Sequence record: MK962753.1
Length of the DNA stretch: 64,000 nt
Source: Shigella phage JK32
Reading direction: 5' to 3' (one strand)
Part shown: positions 8,899 to 19,782 of the stretch, one piece after another
Layout of the letters: each line of letters begins with the position of its first letter
Position numbering within the stretch: position 1 is the first letter of the stretch
Position numbers and translations under genes: made by a program
Notes under the pieces: model-generated
What the model was told of the DNA's origin: nothing
The model's database searches: none
Seen by the model: the letters and a program-made list of their open reading frames with translations, nothing else

Positions 8899-10799
8899 CA
8901 AAGCAAAAGATTACACAAATTCCTGATATTTTTAATGCTGCTACATTCGATGAAATTAAAAGCGCATTAACAGACTGGATGAGAAACCAGGAAGAATTTA
9001 AAGATTTTGATTTTAATGGTGCTGGTATTAACGTATTGATGGACTTGCTCGCATATAATACCCTTTATATTCAGCAATTTGCCAACGCCGCGCTATATGA
9101 ATCTTTTATCAGAACGGCAATTAAGCGTAGTTCAGTTGTTCAAGCCGCGCAAGATTTAGGATATTTGCCAGCAAGTAAAACTAGTGCATCAACTACAATT
9201 ATGTTGCACGTATCACATCCGCGAAATCCGGCAAGTATTCGAATCCCACGAGGAACTAAATTTATTGCAAGTGTGGATCGTCAGACTTCTTACCCATTTG
9301 TTACTACAGAAGACGTTGTGAGCGTTTTAGGTTCAAATGGTTTATATACGCCTATGTTAAAAGTTGCACAAGGTCGTATTGTTAGAACAGAAATGTTATT
9401 TGATCCGAAGAAACAAATTCTGATCCGTGATCCTGATATTGACCGCGCTCAGGTTAAATTGTGGGTGGATGGTGCTGAATGGAAAGACTGGACGCGAGAA
9501 AGTATTGTTAATGCAACTGGCGCTAGTAATATTTTCTATATGCGTGAAACCGTAGACGGTCATACAGAAATCTTCTTTGGTGAAGGTGAATCAACTTTAT
9601 CTGCTGCTGGCGGTGCACTGGAAGCAAATTATATTGGTGGACTTAAGCCGTCAACTGGTGCTAATATCGTTATCGAATATATTAGCACTAAAGGCGCGGA
9701 AGCTAACGGATCTGTCAATTTCACATACGCGGATACCCTTGCATCTATCTCTATTGTTAAAATTATTGAGAATCCGACAAATGACCGTGATTATGTAGGT
9801 GCTGATGGTGGCGGTGATCCTGAATCAATCGAACGTATTCGTGAACTTGCTCCGGTAATGCGTGAATCTCAGCGTCGTTGTGTAACTGCTTCCGACTATG
9901 AGGCTTTTGTTTCCAGCCGATTTGGTAGTATTGTTCAGGCGGTACAATGTTTCACCGATCGAGAAAAACCAGGTTATGCTTTTGTTGCTGTTAAGCCTAA
10001 ATCTGGCTTGCGCTTGACAACTGTTCAAAAAGAAGATATGCGGGATTATCTGGCAAAATATAATCTTGCTCCTATCACGCCGAGCATCATTGACCCTAAC
10101 TATCTGTATATTAAACAGAATATTAAAGTTTCCTATTCAATCAATGACTTGTCAGAATCAGAGCAGTGGTTGCGCGGTGCGGTTATTGATCAGATTGATG
10201 CATATTATACCGACGAAGTGGAAATTTTTAACCAGACCTTTAGTAAGTCTAAAATGCTTGCGCGTATTGACAAAGCTGATGTATCTGTGATAGGTTCTAG
10301 TGCAGAAATCGAGATGGTTCGAGAGATCGACAACTTCTATAAAGCACCGATGGCGGGAATCAAGTTTTTAAACCAGTATAAGAGCGGAATCAAGTCTAGT
10401 TCATTCAACTTCGAAAAGGACGACAAGCAATATCCGATCCATTATGTAAGTACAGAAATGAACAAAGAATCCGGTTTAGCTAAATTGCTGGTTGGACCTT
10501 TCCCCGTTGGTTCTACAATCGCTTTACCGCATTATTCCGGCACTGATTTTGATAAAGAGGTTATCGACGGTGCGGACCTATACTTTGAGGTTGGAGAGGT
10601 TCAGCATTATGAAGACCTTATTTCATGGGATCTGGGTAAACTGAATATCAATAGCGATCGCTTTACTGGTTCATATATTGAGTTGACAGCTAAACCGATT
10701 GCTGATAACATCTTTACTAAAGACGGTTCTTTGATCGTGTTTGAAAACGATCTCCGTCCTCAGTACACAACTATTAGTCTGGAGGCAATTGCTCAATGA
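8895..10799 (+). CDS. 6: baseplate wedge protein
   Basis: 634 aa; synteny and size (T4 gp6 about 660 aa). Confidence 0.7.
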   Translation: MTKQKITQIPDIFNAATFDEIKSALTDWMRNQEEFKDFDFNGAGINVLMDLLAYNTLYIQQFANAALYESFIRTAIKRSSVVQAAQDLGYLPASKTSASTTIMLHVSHPRNPASIRIPRGTKFIASVDRQTSYPFVTTEDVVSVLGSNGLYTPMLKVAQGRIVRTEMLFDPKKQILIRDPDIDRAQVKLWVDGAEWKDWTRESIVNATGASNIFYMRETVDGHTEIFFGEGESTLSAAGGALEANYIGGLKPSTGANIVIEYISTKGAEANGSVNFTYADTLASISIVKIIENPTNDRDYVGADGGGDPESIERIRELAPVMRESQRRCVTASDYEAFVSSRFGSIVQAVQCFTDREKPGYAFVAVKPKSGLRLTTVQKEDMRDYLAKYNLAPITPSIIDPNYLYIKQNIKVSYSINDLSESEQWLRGAVIDQIDAYYTDEVEIFNQTFSKSKMLARIDKADVSVIGSSAEIEMVREIDNFYKAPMAGIKFLNQYKSGIKSSSFNFEKDDKQYPIHYVSTEMNKESGLAKLLVGPFPVGSTIALPHYSGTDFDKEVIDGADLYFEVGEVQHYEDLISWDLGKLNINSDRFTGSYIELTAKPIADNIFTKDGSLIVFENDLRPQYTTISLEAIAQ

Positions 10800-13700
10800 T
10801 TAAAGCGCCTAGTGTAACTAGCTTGACAATAGAAAAATTGTCTGCTAATCAGGCGTATATCACATGGGATGACGTAGGCGAAAACTTCTTTTATTTTGTG
10901 GAGTTAGCCGAAACCAGGACACGAGACGGGGAGATCATCCCCGTCGATGAGTTAAGCTGGGTAAACCTGGGATATACTGCCGATCAAAACTGGTTTGAGG
11001 ACAAAAACCTTTTTCCAGAATATTATTACAAGTTTCGTGTAGCAGTAGCCGCAGAAGGATTTGAACAAAGTAAATGGATTGAAACAGAAGAGTTTCAGAC
11101 ATTTAAAACAAACGCATATAATTTTTCTATGATGCGAGAGTTCAACCTTGCAAACGAGTTTATAAAGGAAAAATTTACATACGATAATAGAGAGTATGTA
11201 AAGTTTAATACCGACCTGATTCAAGCATCATTGATGAAGGAAGATTTTGTCTTTAGTCCTGAATATGCAAACATGACAAATATCTCAAACTACATTGTAG
11301 TTGATGAGAACTTTCATGAAATACAGGACCACATAGAAAAAGTCTGTACGGACATAAACCGCACAATGTTAGCGGAAATGAACGGTGTTTTGTACCTTTT
11401 CGAACGGTTCCAGCCGATCGTGAAAGTGTCAAATGATAAAGGTCAATCATGGAAAGCATACAAGGCTTTTAATGATCGTGTAGGCAATCCGGTTTCCCGT
11501 ACATGCGTTTATCAGTCTAAAACCACTACTTACGTTTTAGGATATGACCGAATCTTTTACGGACGACAAGCGAGCGATACTCGATGGAGCGCGGACGATG
11601 TTCGATTTAGTGATGATACGATCACTTTTGCAAAGGTCGGTGACGAAAACGATTTAGGCTTTGACGTTGAGGTCTTTGGTGTATTTTCCAGATTAACAGG
11701 TGATACCACAAAATACGCCGAAGCTATGGCGTGTAGTGATGACTATTTGTGGGTTGGTGCTAAAGATGTTATTCGCCGGATTCGTCTTAAGAATACTCCT
11801 GTTGATACCGTACAGGGTTCGCCTACGTTTGGAGAAAAAATATTCGATCCTGATGTTATCCGAGTAACAGGAAATGATAAAGCTGTCATTCAGAAAATGG
11901 ATGTGATCGACGGTAAATTGCTTGTATTTGTTACGGGTGAAGTTAAACAGCGTTATCAAGATCCAACTAAACCAGAAAACGTTGTTCCGTCAGATGATGC
12001 GGGTGTATACTTAATAGGGAGTGATGGTCTGTCTTTTCAGAGAGTATTTGGCAACACTCCGCAGGAAAGGGAATATATTCAGCATGGGTTCAGTAATATG
12101 TCAACCAATGGTGATGAGGTGTTCATAAGCCATTATAATCATCACTTCGAAAGCATTTTACCTGATCCAGAAACTGCCGAGAAATATGAATTGGGCGAAG
12201 CTGTAAAATATTCTCAGGAGCCAACTTATCTAACTGATAAGAAAATACATCAAACTACTTTCAGAGCAAGTTATGATGATTTGCGTATTTGGGAGTTAGG
12301 ACCGCAAGCGTATTATAACGAGGCTGATTATACATGGATGCGTCGAAACGGTGTCCGTGTGTGGATCACAAATGATAATCGCCCGTTGGTTGTTTATCCA
12401 GAGGTTATCTATACTCAAGAAGTTGATACGTCTGGCATTCTTGACCAAAATAGGGTCAACCGAGAAGTTTATGATAAAGGGACCGTGACCTGTTATCTTA
12501 ACAATGTTAAATTTGAAGGATTCAAACAATATGCATCCGGTGTAATGTTCCATAAAAACACGGGAGAGATCATAGGATTCTATCAATTTAATTATCGTGT
12601 TCGTGATCAGGTTGGTGTATATTGGAAACCTACAAATGTAGCATTTGTTGCCGAATTGCAAAATCAGGTTCGAGAGGTTCCCTGGGTTCCGGTTCACTAC
12701 GATCGAGAGCAAGATCCAGATTTGCGACCTTTACTGAATAAGATGACACCGGATAGCTTTTTACTTGAGAACGAAAATTTCAGAAAATTCTCTGAATATT
12801 ATCTGCAATTCTTAAGTGATGGTTCAGGAACATATTATAATAAACTAAAAAATCTGATTAAAAACAAATATCCACGCGAGCAAGATGCATATGAGTATCT
12901 TTGGTCAGAGATGAACAAACGAAACATCTATGCAGATAAAAACAAGCGAGATGCGGTAGTAAGATTCTTTGAATCCCGCAAATCAGATTTTTATTCCACT
13001 AAGGGCGTGGAGGCTTCTTATAAGTTCTTGTTTAAGTTACTTTATAATGAAGATGTGGAAATTGAGGTTGAATCACAAGCCGGACTAGAGTATGATATTG
13101 TTGTTAGTTCAACGAACATTGACGAGGATATCGTAGGTCGCACGATTTATACTCCAACCGGACGGGCTAACGTGACGTATCTTGAAAGGGAATATGAAGG
13201 TGGTCGCCTACGCTGGCGAGTAACCATTCATAACCTGATCGGGCGGTTCGAAGAAGGTCAAGTGATCAAATCAGAGAAAACAGCGTTTGAAGGGATGATC
13301 CTTGTTGGTGTACGTGGTAAAGAGTTGTTGAGTAGTTCAATCGACTATATCAACCGCTCACGAAGCCAATACACCATGAAGATTAAAAGTGCATTGCCAG
13401 TTTCGCGCTATGCAAATGATGTAATGCGATTTGTTCATCCTGTCGGCTTTGGGTTTATCGGTGTTACCCTGCTTACGATGTTCATTAACAGCGGGTTAAG
13501 CATGAAACACACAGAGACGATAATTCAATCTCTGAAAAATTATAAGTTTGACAGCGGATTGCCTAGCGTGTATCCTGATCGGGTGGCAGACCTTGACGTT
13601 GACGGAAACATTAAGAAAGACCCGCTTACCGGAAAAGCATTATATTTGACTTCACCTTTAATTGGTGATGAATTTCCGGTTCCTCCTGAATATGATCAGG

Positions 13701-13882
13701 AGAACAGCGAATTGTTCCACGGACTTAAAGCAAGCGAACGAAGATTTGCAATGAGTCCACTGTTTGACCAGTCGGCGGTAACATTCTCTATGTTCCGTGA
13801 ACTTGTAGATAAACGGTTGAAGGATAATATAGGGAATCCACGCGATCCGAAGAATCCTACACAGAGGAAAATTAATGGCTAA
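10796..13882 (+). CDS. 7: baseplate wedge protein
   Basis: 1028 aa (T4 gp7 about 1032 aa); synteny. Confidence 0.75.
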   Translation: MIKAPSVTSLTIEKLSANQAYITWDDVGENFFYFVELAETRTRDGEIIPVDELSWVNLGYTADQNWFEDKNLFPEYYYKFRVAVAAEGFEQSKWIETEEFQTFKTNAYNFSMMREFNLANEFIKEKFTYDNREYVKFNTDLIQASLMKEDFVFSPEYANMTNISNYIVVDENFHEIQDHIEKVCTDINRTMLAEMNGVLYLFERFQPIVKVSNDKGQSWKAYKAFNDRVGNPVSRTCVYQSKTTTYVLGYDRIFYGRQASDTRWSADDVRFSDDTITFAKVGDENDLGFDVEVFGVFSRLTGDTTKYAEAMACSDDYLWVGAKDVIRRIRLKNTPVDTVQGSPTFGEKIFDPDVIRVTGNDKAVIQKMDVIDGKLLVFVTGEVKQRYQDPTKPENVVPSDDAGVYLIGSDGLSFQRVFGNTPQEREYIQHGFSNMSTNGDEVFISHYNHHFESILPDPETAEKYELGEAVKYSQEPTYLTDKKIHQTTFRASYDDLRIWELGPQAYYNEADYTWMRRNGVRVWITNDNRPLVVYPEVIYTQEVDTSGILDQNRVNREVYDKGTVTCYLNNVKFEGFKQYASGVMFHKNTGEIIGFYQFNYRVRDQVGVYWKPTNVAFVAELQNQVREVPWVPVHYDREQDPDLRPLLNKMTPDSFLLENENFRKFSEYYLQFLSDGSGTYYNKLKNLIKNKYPREQDAYEYLWSEMNKRNIYADKNKRDAVVRFFESRKSDFYSTKGVEASYKFLFKLLYNEDVEIEVESQAGLEYDIVVSSTNIDEDIVGRTIYTPTGRANVTYLEREYEGGRLRWRVTIHNLIGRFEEGQVIKSEKTAFEGMILVGVRGKELLSSSIDYINRSRSQYTMKIKSALPVSRYANDVMRFVHPVGFGFIGVTLLTMFINSGLSMKHTETIIQSLKNYKFDSGLPSVYPDRVADLDVDGNIKKDPLTGKALYLTSPLIGDEFPVPPEYDQENSELFHGLKASERRFAMSPLFDQSAVTFSMFRELVDKRLKDNIGNPRDPKNPTQRKING

Positions 13883-14870
13883 TGAAAATAGTGTGATCTA
13901 TCGCTCAATCATTACTAGTAAATTCAGAACGGAAAAACTTCTGAATTTCTATAATTCTGTAGGCGATGGGGCAAATCAAATTACAATTTATGGAACGTTT
14001 GGACGTTCGGAGCCGTGGTCAGAAAACGAAAAAGAGGTGGGCTTTGCCCCACCTTATCCGACCGATTCAACGGCTGGCGTTGTTGATATGTGGACCCATA
14101 TGATGGGGGCGGTTAAGATTAATAAATCACTTCTTGATGCGGTTATCCCCCGTAAAGATTGGGGTGATACCGGACAGGATAACCCGCGCACATTCTTTAT
14201 CAATGACATTGTTGTTGTAAACTCAGCACCATATAACAGAACTGATGTTGGTAGTGGTTGGATGGTGTATCGAGTGACAGATGTTCCCGATCGCGGTTAT
14301 TGTTCTATTTCAAGCATTGACGCTAAAGTAGAGTGTTTGAAATTGGGTGGAAAATGGACACCTACGCATGAATCAATCGCGCCACCAGTAGGGAAAGGCG
14401 ATTCTATTGATATGGGTGACGGATATCGTTGGGAATATTTGTACACAATTCCGCCTGATGCGGCGATCAACCGTTGCACCAACGAGCATATTGTTGTGCC
14501 GTTCCCTGATGAACTGCGACAAGATCCGGCGCGTTGGGGCTATGACAATGTGATCACCTGGTATAATGACTATAATCTGCTTTATCGGCTGAAAGTAGTA
14601 ACTTTGCGTTTTCAGGCTTATATGGATTCCGCACAATTCCCAACGTCAGCGTTAGTGGGTAATACTGGCTTCCGTCAGTTAAGCATTATCCTTAACCCAT
14701 TGGAAAAGAAAGCACGCCCTAGCGATCCAGACGTTAAAGCGGTTAAAGATAAGTACCGTCCGCAAGACTTAGAGCCGCACTCAGGCGAAATGATCTACAT
14801 GGAAAACCGACAACCTATCGTTCGGTCATTAGATCAAACAGAACTTGTTTCTGTATTGTTTGAGTTCTAA
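13875..14870 (+). CDS. 8: baseplate wedge protein
   Basis: 331 aa (T4 gp8 about 334 aa); synteny. Confidence 0.7.
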   Translation: MANENSVIYRSIITSKFRTEKLLNFYNSVGDGANQITIYGTFGRSEPWSENEKEVGFAPPYPTDSTAGVVDMWTHMMGAVKINKSLLDAVIPRKDWGDTGQDNPRTFFINDIVVVNSAPYNRTDVGSGWMVYRVTDVPDRGYCSISSIDAKVECLKLGGKWTPTHESIAPPVGKGDSIDMGDGYRWEYLYTIPPDAAINRCTNEHIVVPFPDELRQDPARWGYDNVITWYNDYNLLYRLKVVTLRFQAYMDSAQFPTSALVGNTGFRQLSIILNPLEKKARPSDPDVKAVKDKYRPQDLEPHSGEMIYMENRQPIVRSLDQTELVSVLFEF

Positions 14871-14881
14871 GTGTATGATTT

Positions 14882-14917
14882 AAAAGCCAATTCGAGAGAG
14901 TTGGCTTTTTCTATTTT
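14882..14917 (+). terminator. rho-independent terminator after gene 8
   Basis: AAAAGCCAA...TTGGCTTTT hairpin followed by TTTTTCTATTTTG. Confidence 0.6.
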
Positions 14918-14922
14918 GGGTG

Positions 14923-14950
14923 TTGACAATCTCATTTGGTAAGGTATAAT
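14923..14950 (+). promoter_or_regulatory. sigma70 consensus promoter (TTGACA-16-TATAAT)
   Basis: Perfect -35 and -10 hexamers with 16-nt spacer, about 30 nt upstream of the ORF at 14980. Confidence 0.6.
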
Positions 14951-14979
14951 ACACACATCTAAACAACGGAGGATAAATT

Positions 14980-15237
14980 ATGGCACGTCGTAAATTTACA
15001 GATAATTGTGAAGCAATTCAGGTATCCCCTTGCGGCTGGGATGTTATCGCAAACGGTGAGAAGATCGGGGAACTCATCGATCATACTCATTCATCACTAG
15101 CCGATTACACCGATGAACTATGGGAGGGTATTAATTGCGCTAACGTAACTAAACGATTCAAGACTATTGATGAGGCTATACATTTTGTGTATAATCCAAC
15201 TTTCGGTATGTGGAGTGATAGAAAATGGCACGCGTAA
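14980..15237 (+). CDS. hypothetical protein (cassette gene 1)
   Basis: 85-aa ORF with GGAGG RBS, directly downstream of the sigma70 promoter. Confidence 0.45.
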   Translation: MARRKFTDNCEAIQVSPCGWDVIANGEKIGELIDHTHSSLADYTDELWEGINCANVTKRFKTIDEAIHFVYNPTFGMWSDRKWHA

Positions 15238-15557
15238 ATATTAAACTGCATTACACAATGAATAAAGCTAAGTTTCCAATGCAAAAGCATTACTATGGTC
15301 TACGTGCACAAGATCCTAAACTCTATGGTACTCATTGGTTTTGTAAACATGATAACCAATGGCACACATACGAAGAAATGCACGAGATGATGAAACAGGG
15401 TATTGAATTTAGTTATTCTAATTATGACCATCGTATAACTTGCATTCGAAAATTGAAGCGATGGATTCGTAAGAATCCGCAATTTAAAAACTTTGTGTTC
15501 TTTATGTCTCATGTTTATTTGGGTCATAGCGTTACCGTAACAGCAAAGGTTAAATAA
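15225..15557 (+). CDS. hypothetical protein (cassette gene 2)
   Basis: 110-aa ORF, overlaps upstream and downstream genes by a few nt. Confidence 0.4.
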   Translation: MARVNIKLHYTMNKAKFPMQKHYYGLRAQDPKLYGTHWFCKHDNQWHTYEEMHEMMKQGIEFSYSNYDHRITCIRKLKRWIRKNPQFKNFVFFMSHVYLGHSVTVTAKVK

Positions 15558-16396
15558 TGGCACGACTTTCCAAACAAGAACAAAAATTACACGACCGGGC
15601 AATGGAGCTAATCAATTCAGATCGTCCATTGACATATGAAGAAAAAGATTTTTGCTATAATAACTATCAGGGAGATGGTCTAGGTGGTTCTGGTGCATTC
15701 TTTACCCCAGAAGGGCTTGCATGGGATTTTACCATTGATGCACATTGTACCGGAAAAGTATTAGACCTGTGTGCTGGGATCGGTCGTTTATCTTTCTGTA
15801 TGTTGCATCGTTGTAAGCCAGAAAAGATCGTATGTGTCGAACTCAATCCAGAATTTGCGCGGATCGGTAAACGACTATTGCCGGAAGCAGAATGGATCAC
15901 CAGCGATGTATTCGAATTTGAATCAAACGAAAAATTTGATGTTGTAATTAGCAATCCACCTTTCGGGAAAATCAATACTACCGACACAAAGGATGTATTT
16001 GAGTACACTGGCGGCGAATTTGAATTTAAGGTTATGACATTAGGCCAGAAGTTTGCCGATGTTGGTTATTTTATTGTTCCTTCCGGTTCCGCTGGTTTTT
16101 CCTATTCCGGTAGACCTTATTATGACGGGACCATGAAGTCTAATAAATATCTAAAATGGAGCAAACAAACTGGTTTGGTGACTTATGCCGGATGTGGGAT
16201 CGATACATCAATCTATCGCGATGAATGGCATAGTACCAACGTTTTAACAGAAGTGGTTGAGGTTCGGTATTACGAGAAAGAAGCCGTAGAATCTCCTAAA
16301 TCGCGTCCTAACGAACAAATAGAAGAAAGTAAGGAGATTACCTTACCAAAACAGGAAAGCGAGTCTGGGACGCTCTCAGATTTGTTTGACATTTAA
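15557..16396 (+). CDS. class I SAM-dependent amino-methyltransferase, probably N6-adenine DNA methyltransferase-like
   Basis: 279 aa; FFTP motif, SAM-binding VLDLCAGIGRL, and catalytic NPPF motif. Confidence 0.55.
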   Translation: MARLSKQEQKLHDRAMELINSDRPLTYEEKDFCYNNYQGDGLGGSGAFFTPEGLAWDFTIDAHCTGKVLDLCAGIGRLSFCMLHRCKPEKIVCVELNPEFARIGKRLLPEAEWITSDVFEFESNEKFDVVISNPPFGKINTTDTKDVFEYTGGEFEFKVMTLGQKFADVGYFIVPSGSAGFSYSGRPYYDGTMKSNKYLKWSKQTGLVTYAGCGIDTSIYRDEWHSTNVLTEVVEVRYYEKEAVESPKSRPNEQIEESKEITLPKQESESGTLSDLFDI

Positions 16397-16400
16397 TTAT

Positions 16401-16430
16401 AAGCCGTCCTTGTGGGCGGCTTTTTTGTAT
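16401..16430 (+). terminator. rho-independent terminator after methyltransferase gene
   Basis: AAGCCGTCCTTGTGGGCGGCTT hairpin followed by TTTTTTGT. Confidence 0.6.
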
Positions 16431-16436
16431 GTATTT

Positions 16437-16444
16437 TATAAATA
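16437..16444 (+). promoter_or_regulatory. T4-type late promoter TATAAATA
   Basis: Exact octamer about 28 nt upstream of gene 9. Confidence 0.55.
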
Positions 16445-16471
16445 ATACATCATAACATGAGGAATTAAACA

Positions 16472-17326
16472 ATGGCACAAGTTCCAAAGAAAAGAATAGA
16501 CACGGGTACTGTCGGCAATCCATCGACTGGCGATATCTTATATGATGGCGGTAATAAAATTAACGATAACTTTGATTCAATATATGACGCATTTGCTGAT
16601 CAGCGGTTTAAAGACGTAGACCACGGTGTAGGAAGAATGGTTATTCATGCAACCGGATACTATCAGAAGCATCCACGTCAAAGCTACGCTGGTTCCGCTG
16701 TTGAGATTGGGAGTCTACACGATATCGATACAACTCAAGGCGCACTTATTGCTATTCTACCTAAAGCAAAGGTTGGCGAGGGTGTTGTATTCATAAATAG
16801 TAACGGTAGCCTTTCAACGACGACACCGCTCAATATTCGAACTCAAGCAGGTGATTCTATTAGCGGGTATTCCGGTGATGCTACAATAACACAACCATTT
16901 TCAAAAGTCACTGTTTGGTGTACTGCCGTTGAAGGTAGTCGCGTAACATGGCGATTGGGTATCGAAAGTATGTTTACCGATACAACAACGCCATTAGATA
17001 AAACAGTTAACGTAACTGGAGTAGCAACAAACGTTGCTATTGCCGCAAAAACAGAATACGTTTCCATCAAATTATTAACTACCGCTAGCAATACATCCGG
17101 TTCAAAAATGCGTTCAAGTGAAACGCTACTGATGATTGATTCTAAAGCCGGAAAAGTTTATGCGACGGAATATGCAGTTTTGCAGAAGACAGAAGATGAA
17201 CTATACACGGTTCGTTATTTCATCGGTTCCGGCGATAAAGTATATGCAGAGTATAAGGCTACTGGCGAAAATATTCGTTTGGCAGTTAAAGCCGTAGACA
17301 CTATTAAAATCGGGGTTGCTACATGA
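16472..17326 (+). CDS. 9: baseplate wedge / long tail fiber socket protein
   Basis: 284 aa; N-terminus TGTVGNPSTGDILYDGGNKINDNFDSIYDAF closely resembles T4 gp9. Confidence 0.8.
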   Translation: MAQVPKKRIDTGTVGNPSTGDILYDGGNKINDNFDSIYDAFADQRFKDVDHGVGRMVIHATGYYQKHPRQSYAGSAVEIGSLHDIDTTQGALIAILPKAKVGEGVVFINSNGSLSTTTPLNIRTQAGDSISGYSGDATITQPFSKVTVWCTAVEGSRVTWRLGIESMFTDTTTPLDKTVNVTGVATNVAIAAKTEYVSIKLLTTASNTSGSKMRSSETLLMIDSKAGKVYATEYAVLQKTEDELYTVRYFIGSGDKVYAEYKATGENIRLAVKAVDTIKIGVAT

Positions 17327-19125
17327 AACAATTAATTAATATCGGTAACGTTGTTGATGACGGTACAGGTGATTATCTAAGAAAAGGTGGTCAAAAGATT
17401 AATGACAACTTTTCTGAACTTTACACTAAGCTGGGGGATGGTGATATCCCTCATGCATCCGGCGCGTGGAAAACTCACACACAACCAGTATTAAAACCAA
17501 ATTTTGGTGATGCATGGGCGATTAATACAACGAACAACGCTGTTTCTGTTGAATTGCCTAAAGGAAGCGCGAGTGATTACAATAAAACAATTAAACTTCG
17601 TGATGTTTGGCGCTCATGGGCTGCACATAACGTAACATTGAAGCCAGCACAAGGTGATACCATTAAGGGATCTCCAATCGACCGTGAGTTGTATAAAGAT
17701 TTCATGGATGTTGAATTGGTTTATTGTGCGCCTGGACGTTGGGAATATGTCGAAAATAAACGAGTAGATACTATCACCACTTCCGATTTAAGCACAGTCG
17801 CTAAGGAAGTTTATATTGCAACCGAAGGACAAACAGACTTCCCCAATGTGTTTGGTTCCAATACTTACAATATTCGAAATGTTGAAGTGTATTATCGCGG
17901 TAACTTGCTTTATTATGGCAAGGATTTAACCGATGATTCTAACTATGGTTCAATCGGTGAAAACGGTGATATTGTTCCGCTGGACGGTAAAAGCATTAAA
18001 TTACGCTTCCCTTGTTCGGCTGGTGATACCATTCAAATCATCACTTATATGGACGGTATCGCATCCTTCCGGTCAAGCTATATTACTCATACAATCCGCG
18101 TTTATGAAACAGGAATGACCACTTTGGAATCCATCCCCGGTGAAGTTTGGGTTGGTGAACTAGCTAATAAGAAAGAATTTACTAATGCTGAATTAGGCGT
18201 AAGTAAGCGAGATCTTATTAATCCAAATTCATTTGAATTGCTGATCAACGGCACACAAATGATTAAAGCGGGTGATGCGGATTTACCTTCCTTTATTTGT
18301 GAAGGTGCTGACGGCGAAACAGAAGAAACTTGTGTACTTGCTGGCGGTCAATGGGTGGAATCTGGGGAAGATTATTCATTGATGTTCGACGAAAACAGCG
18401 TGGTGACTGGTATTAAATTATCTAAAGCACTAGATAACCGAGATACTATCACAATTCGCTGGTTTAATAATGATATCGGAACATTAATGGAATGGGACGG
18501 TGTAGGCGGTATTAAAGAAAAAGCAGATAAAATCTATCTTAATAACGAAGATGAAGTTACTCTGACAAATCGAATTGAATATACCGATTTCCAGAATCCA
18601 AGCCAAGCGACTAAACGCCCAATGGAAGATTATACAGGTCGTGTGATGGATATCTATTCCATATTCGATATTTTCTATCCTATAGGCACAATTTATGAAA
18701 ATGCGCATAACCCAGCTAACCCAGCGACCTATATGGGAGTTGGTACATGGGTACGTTATGCAGAAAAAGAATTTTTAGTTGGTTGGTCTTCTGACGCAAG
18801 CGATCAAAACTTCGCACTAAACAACAACGATCTTGATACACATGGTCAACCTACACACACCGCAGGTGGTAACGGTGGTGATGTTGCATACCAGATCAAG
18901 AAAAATATGATTCCTGAATTACAGAGCGACGATCGAGTTCTTGTAAAAGATGATAACGGAAATATTATTATTGGTGGTTGTCAGGTAGACCCTGATGCAG
19001 TAGGTCCAGCGTTTACCAAATATCGCGAAGATAATGTTAAAGTTAATCAGGGAAATACCGATCCATCAATGATTGGTATTCTTCCTCCATACAGAACTGT
19101 CTATCGTTGGCTAAGGGTAGGTTAA
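17323..19125 (+). CDS. 10: baseplate wedge / tail pin protein
   Basis: 600 aa (T4 gp10 about 602 aa); N-terminus resembles the gp9 N-terminus as in T4. Confidence 0.75.
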   Translation: MKQLINIGNVVDDGTGDYLRKGGQKINDNFSELYTKLGDGDIPHASGAWKTHTQPVLKPNFGDAWAINTTNNAVSVELPKGSASDYNKTIKLRDVWRSWAAHNVTLKPAQGDTIKGSPIDRELYKDFMDVELVYCAPGRWEYVENKRVDTITTSDLSTVAKEVYIATEGQTDFPNVFGSNTYNIRNVEVYYRGNLLYYGKDLTDDSNYGSIGENGDIVPLDGKSIKLRFPCSAGDTIQIITYMDGIASFRSSYITHTIRVYETGMTTLESIPGEVWVGELANKKEFTNAELGVSKRDLINPNSFELLINGTQMIKAGDADLPSFICEGADGETEETCVLAGGQWVESGEDYSLMFDENSVVTGIKLSKALDNRDTITIRWFNNDIGTLMEWDGVGGIKEKADKIYLNNEDEVTLTNRIEYTDFQNPSQATKRPMEDYTGRVMDIYSIFDIFYPIGTIYENAHNPANPATYMGVGTWVRYAEKEFLVGWSSDASDQNFALNNNDLDTHGQPTHTAGGNGGDVAYQIKKNMIPELQSDDRVLVKDDNGNIIIGGCQVDPDAVGPAFTKYREDNVKVNQGNTDPSMIGILPPYRTVYRWLRVG

Positions 19126-19126
19126 T

Positions 19127-19771
19127 ATGATTTCGAAAACACGTTCAAAAGCTAGTGTATTTTCCAGCGATGCGGCGTTTATTTCATACGATCCAGGATC
19201 GAAAGATCCTGTTATCGGTGGTTCTCGTCCTATTGGTGGTGTTAATGTCGATCAATCAAGAAAAGGTTCCTATGTAAACAACGTTCAATCTGCAATTGAT
19301 GACCTTTATTCATTGTCAATGATCCGAATTGGTGACGTTTTAGTAACAACAAATTCAACTGCACCACAATCGGCAGGGCAAATTGAAACATTAACATTTG
19401 CAGGAAGTGTTAATAATCAACATAACCCAGAAGCAAAGAAAGTATTAATTGATGTTTTGGGTTATCCATTTATTGTTGATGTTGGGTCTTCCGGCGTTTC
19501 TTTATGTGAGAAAGTAACGGAAAAATTTACCGAACTAATGAATAAAAACATTATGTTCAAAGAAGTAAAAAGAAAAGGAAGTAGCAACGATCAATTAGAA
19601 ATTCATTATATCGATTCTCTTGAACATCCACCAACCGATATTAACAAGTACGGAATTACAATCACAGGAAATGTTGATTCCCCTGCTCGTGTTGGTTATG
19701 GTTCATGGTCTCGCATGGGTACAGAAGAGAAATTTGGAACTACCCTATATTATTTCAAACGTATTGCATAA
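19127..19771 (+). CDS. 11: baseplate wedge / short tail fiber attachment protein
   Basis: 214 aa; synteny. Confidence 0.65.
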   Translation: MISKTRSKASVFSSDAAFISYDPGSKDPVIGGSRPIGGVNVDQSRKGSYVNNVQSAIDDLYSLSMIRIGDVLVTTNSTAPQSAGQIETLTFAGSVNNQHNPEAKKVLIDVLGYPFIVDVGSSGVSLCEKVTEKFTELMNKNIMFKEVKRKGSSNDQLEIHYIDSLEHPPTDINKYGITITGNVDSPARVGYGSWSRMGTEEKFGTTLYYFKRIA

Positions 19772-19782
19772 GGTGATGTATA

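Noticed and set aside
16385-16390. TTGACA at the end of the methyltransferase gene as a promoter -35
   Set aside because: No acceptable -10 hexamer 16 to 18 nt downstream; the sequence is part of the terminator hairpin context.
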